DNA of 64,000 nucleotides. It comes from Mytilus trossulus. Taxonomy: Eukaryota. This document shows positions 1 through 12,400 of the stretch, piece by piece (the first letter of the stretch is position 1; each line of letters starts with the position of its first letter). The notes beneath the pieces were generated by a model. That model did no database searches and was not told where the DNA came from. It saw only the letters and a list, made by a program, of their open reading frames with translations. The DNA is taken from contig NC_086384.1 in NCBI RefSeq assembly GCF_036588685.1, positions 31,062,001 through 31,126,000 of the forward strand, in the 5' to 3' direction. Both the position numbers and the translations under genes were made by a program.

Positions 1-245
1 AATCCGTTTAACTAGTGTTTACTGGGCAGTAGTGAAGTATACTTAGTTTAAAGTTGTAACTAACTATCTAGTGGGTATAGCTGGTTAATTCCTTTAAACA
101 GTACATGTCATATTTAATATTTTTTCGTCAGTCTAGGGGATGAAAATGAAAAACATTTCGATTTACTAAAAGTGAAACTATATGAAAATATGATTTTCGA
201 AATAAAAATAAAAAAACGTGGTACCTAGATTTTAATATTTTTTAG

Positions 246-413
246 GATGTTCGTATCCGACATTATTAGCTGGTACTATCGTTACAATTGTGCGTTTATC
301 TGCAGTTAACATTGTAACGTATAGTTGTGATGAAGGATTAAATCTCGTTGGTAATAATGAGATAACATGTCAAGAAAGCTTTAATTGGACGGATCCATTA
401 TTTTTTTGCACAG
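246..413 (+). CDS. CCP exon 1 (type a)
   Basis: tttag|GATGT...TGCACAG|gtaaa; CSYPTLLAGTIVTIVRLSAVNIVTYSCDEGLNLVGNNEITCQESFNWTDPLFFCT. Confidence 0.88.
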
Positions 414-3400
414 GTAAAAATACATTCATTTTATTAATATATCCATTTGTTTTATAATTGTAAGCATTCGTTATAACTGATCGTTGAATGATATTGTTTA
501 AAAAAAATGAAAACACCACGTTTAATGACTTCAATGCGTCCGAAGCGCTTTTCTGGATTTACCTTGATCAGGAACGCTGAAAGCTTAACATTTGAAATCC
601 GAGTATGTATAAGTACCGAAACCGTTGAAGAGCTATATGACAAAAAATAGCTAAAATTGAAAGCAAAATTCATCTAAAGTCAACTTTGCCCAAGGGAGTT
701 GAAACCTTAGTTTAGTAAAATATGTATACGTCCACTATTAAATCATGCGAATATTTGTTGTTTAAATACTGTTAACATAAATTGGTAATTTTCTAATGGT
801 TACAAAAGGGACTTTCTGATTTGAATTTTCATCGGAGTTCAGCATTTTTGTGATTTTACATTTATTTTGCGGCAAATAAATATTTTTCAAATAGAAATCT
901 AGCTTTTCTATAGAATAAAAACAAATGATTTGATTGTTTTATTTGTTATTCTAGAATGCACGAATCCACCAGCTGTACCAAACGCCGTATTACACATAGA
1001 TTTACTACAGAATGATACTATGGTGTACTATGAATGTGATAATGGATATAACTCAGTTGGATATAGGTATATCGATTGTTTTGGTAGCTCATGGACTGTA
1101 AGACGATTCATTTGTACACGTGAGTATTAATCACAAAAGACTGATATTACCCTGTTGTTGAAAAACACTATTTTGAACATACGTATATTGGGTGTTTTGG
1201 TAGCTTGTACGATGATTTGTTTGTACACGTAAATATTATTCACAAAAGACTGATATAACCTTGTTGTTGAAAAAACACTACCACTTAATTGTTTTGGTAG
1301 CTCATGGACTGTACGACGATTCATTTGAACATATAAGCATCTATCATAAAAGACAAATATTACCATGTCGTTTAAAGCTCTTTGCGTTAGTATAATGGAT
1401 TTTATACACATGCTACTTAATATTTCTGAAACATAAACAGCATAATAAATGTGAAACAAAGACAAATAAAACCAATGTTTGATACGCCAATGTGAATTGA
1501 GGAGACACGGTTCTTCATTGTTAAGAACAGAGATATAATTTTATGAGTATGGCATATATCTGCAATGTGCGCAAATACTTTATAGTTATCTGTTCATATT
1601 GCTATGTCAAGAACAATCAAACTCTTATCGAAAAAAAAAAACTGACAACGTCATGGCCAAAAGGAAAAGACAAACAGACAAACAACACTTCACAAAACAC
1701 AACATAGAAAACTAAGAAGAGCAACTAGAATTGAATGTGGATTCTCCAATAGTTGTCTTCCGACTACTTGAAAACATTCAATACAAGTTATTGGCTTCTT
1801 TAAATAAAATGGAGTTGCTCTGTAATCCATTCTTGTAATTTGACAAAAATACGAATATACGTAATCTTAAAGAGTATACAATGAACCGTAAACCTCATAT
1901 GGTCATAATACATGATTGAGAATAAAAGTTAAACAAAAATCAAAACATTTGAACATTTTGTTATTTGTTGTCTATAATATGTTTGTATGACCAAAAGTTC
2001 ACACACGATGATAAGAAAATATATTAAATGAAGATGACTTTCAATCATATTATGCTAACATAAAATATTTTGGAAACTAATAGAAGGTAGCAATGAAATA
2101 GAAGCATTGCATTATGTTACATATTTCTAATAATATCTTAACCACATTCCGTTAAAAAGGTCAAATGCTCATGTAACCTCTCATAATATAATACATTCTA
2201 GATATTAACGAATAAAATAAAACACAGGATACTGTGAAAACAAAGGTTGCTAACTTGATTTTCGTTTCAATTGCATTTTGTTTTGTTTATTCAGCTTGTA
2301 CAGAGCCACCAAGTGTTCAGAATGCAACATATAAGATTGAAAAAATCAACAACAAGTTTGAAGTGTTATATCAATGTGACAATGGACTACTTCTGATTGG
2401 AAACAAATTCATTAATTGTGAGACGGATGTGACGTGGAAATATCCAACATTTATTTGTACCGGTAGGTTTCTTCATATAAATTAGGATGTACCTATTGTT
2501 ATGCCACCGGCATTAAACTTTATTTGGAATTAAACTTGTGGCCGGGCAAAATTTGATTGAACTAGGTCATTTCACAATCGTTGAACACTCAGATATTGCA
2601 AAATGAAGCAAAATGGATTTTTTAAAATAATCAACGTCTCATCGAAAAAATAACATTAACAAATTTCGAACTCGAAAAAGATAGTCAATACCATGATATT
2701 TAAGACATAGTCTGCACAACACAGAACCAATCGGGGTGAACTGAAGTGATAATTAAAGCGTCAGCAAATCTCGCATCCTTTAGTGCCATTATTTGTGTTA
2801 CTCCTGAATTATTCAAAGAATCGTGATGTAATTAAAAAAACTTATTTAAAATGTTACGAACGATGGACTACATTATAGTCACTGACACATGTGAAAGTTG
2901 ATTAACAAGAAATAATGACAACCATCGTTGTTTTATGATCATTTTTATAAAAAAAAATGTGGTATGATTGGCATTGAGACAACCGTCCACAAGAGACCAA
3001 AATGACACAGAAATTTACAACTATAAATAACCGTACTGTCTTCAACAGTGAAAAAAATGCAAAGCCAACACCACATAGTCAGCTATGAAAATGACAATGT
3101 AAAACAATTTAAACGAGAAAACTAACGGCCTTATTTATTTAAAAAAAATACACAAGAAACAAATATGTTAAACATAAACAAACATAAAATTTATCATATT
3201 CATATTGATATACTAATTGAATTTACATGTGCATTTTCCGTTGTAGACTGTCCTACGGCACCATCGATTCCAAATTCAGTTGTAGATGTACCTCTTATTC
3301 GTCACGATGAACAGCTATTGACGTATACATGTATCAATGATTTTCATCTGTATGGACCAAATATTATATCCTGTCAGAATGATACTTCCTGGTCTTCTAT

Positions 3401-6400
3401 TATGTTCGCCTGTATTGGTAGGTTTGTTTGTTTAATTAATTGATTGTTATACCAACATACGCAATACACGACATATATGGACTTATATCTGCTTATCCTT
3501 TTGAAGTATACCAAAACGACACATTTTTTAGAAAATGTTATTTCCTAGTTTTTAGTGATGCGGTACTGATGTTGAGGCGTGGTCATTTTCTTCTCGAAAT
3601 AAGAGCTTAAGCTTGAATGCCCATCGGTACCTGTCGTATTTTTGAGATAAAATCATTATCTTGTCTACAGGATTTATTTGAAGTAATCGTTTAATGTAGC
3701 TGTTATCAATTAGATTGCTTCAGGTTATGGACCAGTAAATGGTCTTAGTAATAGATTTTGCTGCCATTTTGCTTTCAAATTTTTCCTAGGGCGTTTACCC
3801 ATTTTTTGAAATTTTAATGTATTTATGAAATATAGCTCTACCAAATGACTGATAGACATTAACTTCATATTTGATTTCCTAATGGTGAAATATAAGAATG
3901 TTACCTGCAATCACTCTACTGTGTAAATTAAGTATACTAAGCATAAATACAAAACATTTATTTCATACCGCCATTGTATTCTATGTATAATTGTGCAATT
4001 TTAAGCAGTAATGTGATTATGTCTTGTAAGTTTTTATACAATGGCAGATAGAATATGTCAAAACTATACTATGTCCTGCTGATAAAATTCAATAAACATT
4101 TAATTGCATATTAGAGCGTACTGGTTCCTTGAAATCTAACAGTCCAAACATATGTACCTCTGATCTGCACAACAGGGAAAATGTGTCCTCCTATTAGCAT
4201 TTTATATATTTGTTTTAACAAAACAACCTCATTGACAAAGATTACAAAGACACAGCTTTGCATATGAAGGAACTGTTTTGTTTAAAATGTGTCGTCTTGT
4301 ATGTTCTTTACAACCGGGCTTAAATTAGTGACTTAAGTACGTAAAGTGTCGGAAAGACATTTTTAATAATTTATAACGCGTATTAATTGGTTTCAATCAT
4401 CAAGTTCAAGTTTTCAAGTATACAAAAATGCTTGTTTGAATTTGATATTATATATGCTATATCTAAAAGTATATTATCTCATAGTTCAGCAAAAAGATGT
4501 CAAATTTGTATTTATTTCATCTTTCAGCGTGTCCTTATCCTTCTAACGTTACGGGGGCATCCTTTAAGTATAAGATGGAACATAATGGTATGATTTTCTA
4601 TTACGATTGTGACGAAGGACTTACTTTAGTGGGTGACAGTACCATGCAGTGTCAATCAAATACAGAATGGACACCTCAGAGGTTTATTTGCACTGGTAAG
4701 AATGATAATGAAGTATTTATAATAAGAAAAATGTGGTTTGATTGTCATTGGGACAACTTTCCTAAATAAGCAATTAACAACTATAAGTCTCAGTTTATGT
4801 AGACAGTTCCCTCACAAAAAAATAAATAATTGATAACTATAAATATAAGGGCATGCAGTACAGACACGGAGACACACTCATCTGCATCCACACAGTACGA
4901 GTAACAAACCATGCAGTTAATTTAAAAGGAATACGTAGTATGATTGCCATTGAGACAACTCTGCATAAAAGACGAACAGGACACAATAAATAATAATTAT
5001 AGGTCATTGTATGTAATGATTATGCAATATTCGTTAGTTCAACTACATTGAATATTCATAGCGTGCAACTTTGCAAACTTACAAGATCTACACAAACGTT
5101 TAAATGTAACTATGTAATAGTTAGTTTTATATAAGATTCAATGTTACAGACACCTTAAAGTTTACATATTATCATATTTAACCAAATCCATATTAACACA
5201 AAATACGAGATCAGGAAAACAGATTTGAAGTCATAACAAGCAACATTTATCAAGTACTACATGTTTAAAATAAAACTTATATAGACTAATGCAAAATGTA
5301 TTTTTTTCTCAGAATGTTCACACCCTATTCCCTTAAACGACACATCAATCAACATTATTGAAGACTCCGGTACATATAAAGCAACATATAACTGCAATGG
5401 TGGAGCGAATCTGATTGGTAATGGTGTTATAACATGCCAAAACAATCTTACATGGACGGCTCCGTTATTCTTTTGTTCAGGTATATCTTGTAGTTGATTT
5501 ACTCTATAAGTAAGTAGATTAATCTGTGGTATGAGTGCCAATCTCTCAATCCTAGTAATAATTCATAAAAGAAAATAATTAAAGGTCAAAGTACACCACT
5601 TAGCCTTGACTTACTTCGAACAGCAAGCTATTAAGGGCACAACACAATGACTTGTGTAAAACCATTCAAACGGGAAAACCAACGGTATGATCAATATATA
5701 TATATATAAAATTTTGCTTTTTTTCAAACAAATGATAAAAGATATCGACCAACGTACAGATTATGAAGCTACAAATTATATAAAAAAAAGCCCTTTTTCT
5801 AGATTTTCATAACAAAAAATCGCTTTAAATTAAATAACTCTGTAAAATCTTCAAGTTAAAGTACAATGCACCTAAAACACTAGAATTGGCGTTACAATTA
5901 ATCTATGAATGGAATAAGCAAACATCGATTTATGACTTTCAAACAGCGGTATACTTCTGTTGTCTTTATTTATCTTATTTAAAATCGATAACAATGTGAA
6001 AATATAAATCTCTTAAATTTGTTCTAATAGTCGTCATTTTTGTTTTCATTGATATGCTCATAATTATCAATTAACTGCTAACAAAATTAAGAACTTTTGA
6101 AATACTAAGGCTTTTCTACCCCAGGAAAAGATTACTTTAGCTGTATTTGGCAAAACTTTTAGGATTTTTTAATGCTACTGAATGCTCTTCAACTTCAAAT
6201 CTTCACAGTTTGTACTTTATTTGGCCTTTTAAAAAAAACTTATTCGAGCGTCACTGATGAGTCTTTTGTAGACGAAACGCGCGTCTGTCGTAAAGATGAA
6301 GTTTCGTCCTGCTATCTATGATGAGTTTATCTATATGCACATATTTTCAATCTGTATTTGTAACTGCATTACATGTATACTATCATATTTTAGAGTGTTC

Positions 6401-9400
6401 CGATCCACCAGTTATTCCGCATGGAAACTTGCATATTGACTTAATACAGACTGATCAACTGGTATACTATGATTGCAATGAAGGATTTAATTTCTATGGC
6501 GAAACATATATCAAATGTCAAAATGACGACACATGGACCAACCCGAAATTCGTTTGTACACGTAAGTAACTTTTATGTTGAATGTGAACAAAGTTAGTGG
6601 TGAGTACTTTATATAAGACTCTGGTGCATTCATGCTGCTCAAACACCTTGCTAATGTTAAAACTGTATTATGGATCTGTATGTTATTTTATTTAGGTTTT
6701 ATCAAAGTTTTAAGTTCAAGTAATATGTGAAAGTACTCTATGAAGGGGTGGTGTAACTGATATATTGTTGTTCGGATTTGTTAATTGTACTGTTTTTATC
6801 AGAATAACTCTCAAATATATAAATTAAGATAAGGAGATGTGGTATATTTTGGTACTCTATTTCAAGTATTTCTAGAGCAGGCTTTTAATATTGGAAATAT
6901 TATTGATAAATTTCTAAATAAGATAAAACGAGCCATTAGATTTGTGATATTGAACGACTAAAATTTTATAAGGAAAAGAAATGAATTGAAATTCTGTTAG
7001 ATAATTCGTAAAAGTTTAATATCGCACTGATATAAAAGTTTCATTACGAAGCAATGATACAAATCTGAAATTAAAGAGTTATATAACAACAAAAACCAAG
7101 AGTATTATTTGATTAACGCATTATTTCCAATATTATAATTAAGCTTTGGTAATGCATAACGATCATACCACCGCGGATCCCATTTGATTAGGACCTTTCT
7201 GTTTTACATTTATTTTCCTCAAGTTCAGTATTTTTTTTAAATTATTTTTTCATTTTGGTTCTTAATCTTCAAATTATTCCTTAATGATAAAAAGGCATTG
7301 GAATTTCAAGAACTAGTAAAGTAGCTGAATATACGAATTTGTCTATGTTTCTGCAATTTCCAAACAACATACGGTATATTCTGATTTAAACAAATAACTG
7401 ACATATTGCAGCCTGCATCGAACCACCAAGTGTTCAAAATGCTTCCTACAAAATTGAAAACATCAACAGCAATTATGAAGTGCTTTATGAATGTGATGGA
7501 GGACTATTGTTGATTGGAAACAAATTCATAAATTGTCAGTTAAACGGGACTTGGACATATCCAACATTATTATGTACAGGTATGTGATCATCTGAACAGA
7601 AGAAGATTTGTACGAAATAATAATACCACAAACAAGTAGTCTTTGGTTGTAAAAATTCTTTGTGATACAAAAAACATATTGGAAAACATTGAAATGACGA
7701 TATAAGAGTATGTGGAAAAATATAAATCGATTCCATTCACCATTTGTTTTTGAATCACGATAAAACAAAACTGCTGTCAAATTTAAATTCTGCCTTTCAT
7801 AGAGATATCTCAATGTACTTTCAATGTTAATTCACTTTTGCGAAAGGTTTGTAAAATGATACACTCCACACATGCAAGCAAATTGGCTGATTTTTTTTTT
7901 TAGAAAATAACAATGGTTACTGTATAACACTTCGTAAAACGGTCGGTAATGTGCCATAAAGGCATGTCGATGACGAAAGAAATTTTGAAAATATAGATGA
8001 AAATAATGATGAAAATTAAATCGACATTTGCTTTTGAGGCCAATTTTTTCTTAACATGTTATTGGTTCAAATAAAAGTCTGATATGTAATTAATTTCAGA
8101 GTGTCCGGCTGCCCCATCTGTACAGAACGCTGCCGTTAATGTAGACCTGATTCGTCATGATGACAGCAAACTTACATATCAATGTCTGTCTAACTTTAAT
8201 ATGTATGGTGCACATGTGATAGACTGTAACATCAATTATACATGGACACCAACTGTGTTTGCATGCATTGGTAAGTGCATTTGTATTTGGATTCGGACAC
8301 TAAATACATATACCCATCATAGATATCATGGTTGAAATTCTATTTTTTTTGCTTGAAGCAAATAAAACTTCGAATCAGAGTCGTGTATAAAAGAAAATGA
8401 TAGCATAAGTCAAACAGTTTTGCCAAATTTAAAATAACAACTGCCTTTACATTGAGTTTCGAAACATAAGTTGGTTGTTTGATTCACCCTTTTATTTCTT
8501 TAAAATATCCATTAGTTATTATAGATCATAAATCTATTATTTTTTGTTGCGTTCATGAATTTATTTCGTCTTGTTTATCCCTTTCTAAGTCTCACTTTCA
8601 GTTGTTAGTTATGTTAATAATATAGTGTTCTCTGAATATTAGCTGTGTTCCCATATCTTATTTTCGCCTGTGTTTCTACATTCCATTTGAACCAAAAAAC
8701 CTGTTTCCCGCCGTGTCTCAGAAACTATTAATGATTATTGCATATAACTTCCACATAAGACGTCTGGCGTATCATGCGCTCATGGTGCAGCTGTTTATTT
8801 CTACATATGATCTTCCAGATAAGTATGTTGTTGTTCCTGCGGACAAAGCTTCAAATAATATTGTCTTTATATGTAAATCGTATCACTACGAGTGTCTTAT
8901 AAAAGAATAAGGAATAAATGAGCATTCAGGTAATCCCACATACAAAAACATATCATTTGACAAGGATGAGATTTTATTGAATCATAAGTCCTTCATGGCT
9001 TCTATGAACACTACATTGAACAACAAATCGGAGGACTTACCTTGTTTGTATTGGATACCTAAACTTCACAAAATTCCGTACAAACAACGGTACATTGCTG
9101 GCTCATCTGCTTGTTCTACTAAAGAATTGTCCATTAGATTGACTAAAATTATGTCCGCAGTTAAAGAGGGTCTTCAGATATGCTGTGAAACTGTTAACTC
9201 ACGTAGTGGTATTAATCATAGGTGGATTCTTAAAAACTCTAAAGAACTTCTGGATAATTTTAAATCTCGGTCTTTTTTTTAAATAAGTTCTATTAAAACT
9301 TTTGATTTTTCAACCTTGTATACAACCATTCCCCATGTGAAATTGAAAAACCGTCTAAAAGAAATAATCCACAATGCTTTTCATCATAAAAATGGTAGCA

Positions 9401-12400
9401 TACGCTATAAATTTATCACGTTGGGATACCATAAGGCATATTTTGTTAATAATGAACAAAAGGGTAAAACATACTACACATAGGAACAAATGATCAGTAT
9501 GCTAGAGTTTCTTATTATAAATATATTTGTTGAATTTGGAGGTAGACTTTTTCAACAAATTGTCGGCATTCCTATGGGAACGAACTGTGCGCCTCTCCTT
9601 GCCGACCTCTTCTTATTTTCATATGAATCGGAGTTCCTTCAGACACTTGTTAAAAACAAGAAGATCAAAGTAGCCAGGTTATTTAATTTCACTTTCAGAT
9701 ATATTGATGATGTTCTTTCCATTAACAATCCGAACTTTTCTGATTGGGTTCCATTAATATACCCACCAGAACTAGAAATTAAGGAGACCATAGACACGGC
9801 TACCGCCGCCTCATTTTTAGACTTATACCTCGAATTTGACATACACAGTCATCTCAGTACCAGAATATATGACAAACGAGACGACTTTAATTTTGAAATT
9901 ATCAATTTTCCCCACCTTAGTAGTAATATACCAACTTCACCTGCATAAGGAATATAAATTTCCAAACTTATCAGGTATTCAAGAGCTTGCAGCTCCTATT
10001 CAGACTTTGTAAAACGTCACCAGTGTCTGAGCAGAAAGTTGATGAATCAGGGATATGTCAAAGAACGTCTCGTCCTTTTTCTAAAAAAAGTTCATCGGAA
10101 GATACCCAGAACTCGTTGATAAATATTCCATATCAACTTCACAAATAATACAAGATGGTCTTGAAGTATAGATTTTGCGAACTGACGTTGGTTATCATCT
10201 TAATAACGTGTTATAGTATTCTTGTATTAGTTTTATTAATATTACTTGTACTGTTAAGTCAATCTTTGAGATATTCTTTTGAATTGACTCTGTCGTTATA
10301 TAATAACATCATACTTTGAACGACAAAATTATTTCATTACCTTAAATTACTTTTACTTATGGATCTTGACATACTATGAATGACAAAATTATTCAATAAT
10401 AATACTTTTTCTGTTAAGTCTGTTTTTTATGTTATACATTTGACGTGTAACTGTACGTATGTATCCCGTCAAACTTTGAACCACACATTATTTTATTTAT
10501 TATTATTACATTTACTGTCGAGGCTGTTGTTTGTTATATCAACTTAACGTGACTATGCATGTATGAATGCCTTCATACTTTGAACAACAAAATTATTTTT
10601 ATGTCTACCTGTGCGAATTTCAAACGCGCAATTTTACACCAGCAATGAAAACCTTTTATCCTTTACGGTTAGACTTTATATAGATACATTAAGTGGTATA
10701 GGAAAAGCAGAATGAGTATGTTAAATTTGATGTATGCCTTTTTGTGCTTCTTCGTTACATTTGTTGTTTTTATAGTGATGCATGTATGTATGCCTTCATA
10801 CTTTGAACGACAAAATTATTTCTATGTATACCTGTACGAATTTCAAACGTGTATTTTTACACCAGCAATGAAAGCCTTCATTCCTTTACGGGTAGACTTT
10901 ATATACATAAATCAAGTGGTACAAGAAAAGTAAAATGAGTATGTTAAATTTGATGTATGCCTTTTTGTGATTCTTCGTTACATTTGTTGTTTTTATAGTG
11001 ATATTAAGATGATAATACAATATTGACTGCTGTACCCCTATTTTTGACATTTTTACTCTTTGAGTATGTTTGTTTTGTTCATACACCGTTGACAATGTAA
11101 TGGAATTTGATACGACTGTCATACAAGTGAGAGGTTTAGCTAGCTATAAAACCAGGTTCAATCCACCATTTTCTACATTAAAAAATGTCTGTACCAAGTC
11201 AGGAATATGACAGTTGTTATCCATTCGTTTGATGGGTTTCGGCTTTTGATTTTGCCTTTTGATTTTGAATTTTCCTTTTTGAATTTTACTCGGAGTTCAG
11301 TATTTTTGTGTTTTTACTTTTTTTTTGTAACGTATGATACTTTGTAACGTATATTTCAACTATAATTAAAATGATCATAGCTTTTTGACAATTATGAAAT
11401 GCGCAAGAGTTCATACCTGATTAAATTTATTCTGTACATTTGTCATGTTTGTATATACATGTAGTTTTAAAAAAAGCTGACACTAAAATACCATGGGTAC
11501 TTTGATTATAATCCGGCAGACGAGTGTATCGTACTTTCAGGACTCAACAGTTTTTTTTTAATCAAAATAATTTCCAACAACACAAGATATTGTTGTAGAC
11601 AAAACTGTTTATGAACAAATGAGTACTCAATGTATACTTCTTATGAAAATAATAAATCCTAAAAAAAACTCTTCTTTAAAACTAGACAATACAAGGTAAT
11701 GCCATAGGGATAAGGCACTCATACCACATCTTCCAACATTTATTTAGATTGTTAGACTTCACTGTGCTAGCTAAGTTTAGCCGGAAAATGAGGGTACATA
11801 TGGACAAATAAATACAACCATACAACAGCATTATTATAATATTTAACATTTCAATTATGCATATATATTTGCAATCTTTGAATCCGATGTGGCATTAAGG
11901 ATTGATATTATCATTAATTATGTTACTAACTTAAAGTATTAATTGTGCATTGTGTCCAATTCTTTTAAATTTTTATGAACTAAAAATAATTAAACAACAT
12001 TCTGAAACAGTATGTAACAAGGAAAATTCGAAAATACACGTTTCCATTGATAAGGGTTATAAATGCAATCTTCACATTTGACAAAGATTTCAGAAATAAA
12101 ATAAGTTTTATTTGTGGTTAAAACACATGTATTAGCTGACATTCATAATCATATACGTATATTATAATTTTTTAAGTAACAATCTACTTACATGTTAAAC
12201 TTTCTTTCTCTTTAGATGATACGATTTTCCTTTTTGTTTTCTTTGTTATAACTGCTTTCTTACAAATGCACGACAGGAAATAGTCTCAAAAGTGACTATC
12301 CCATCACACTTAGATTTCCTATAACCTTAATTACCATAGTAACTATCTTTGAAATTTGTCTAACATCTGGTCAACATCATTCTATAGGTCAACCTTATCA

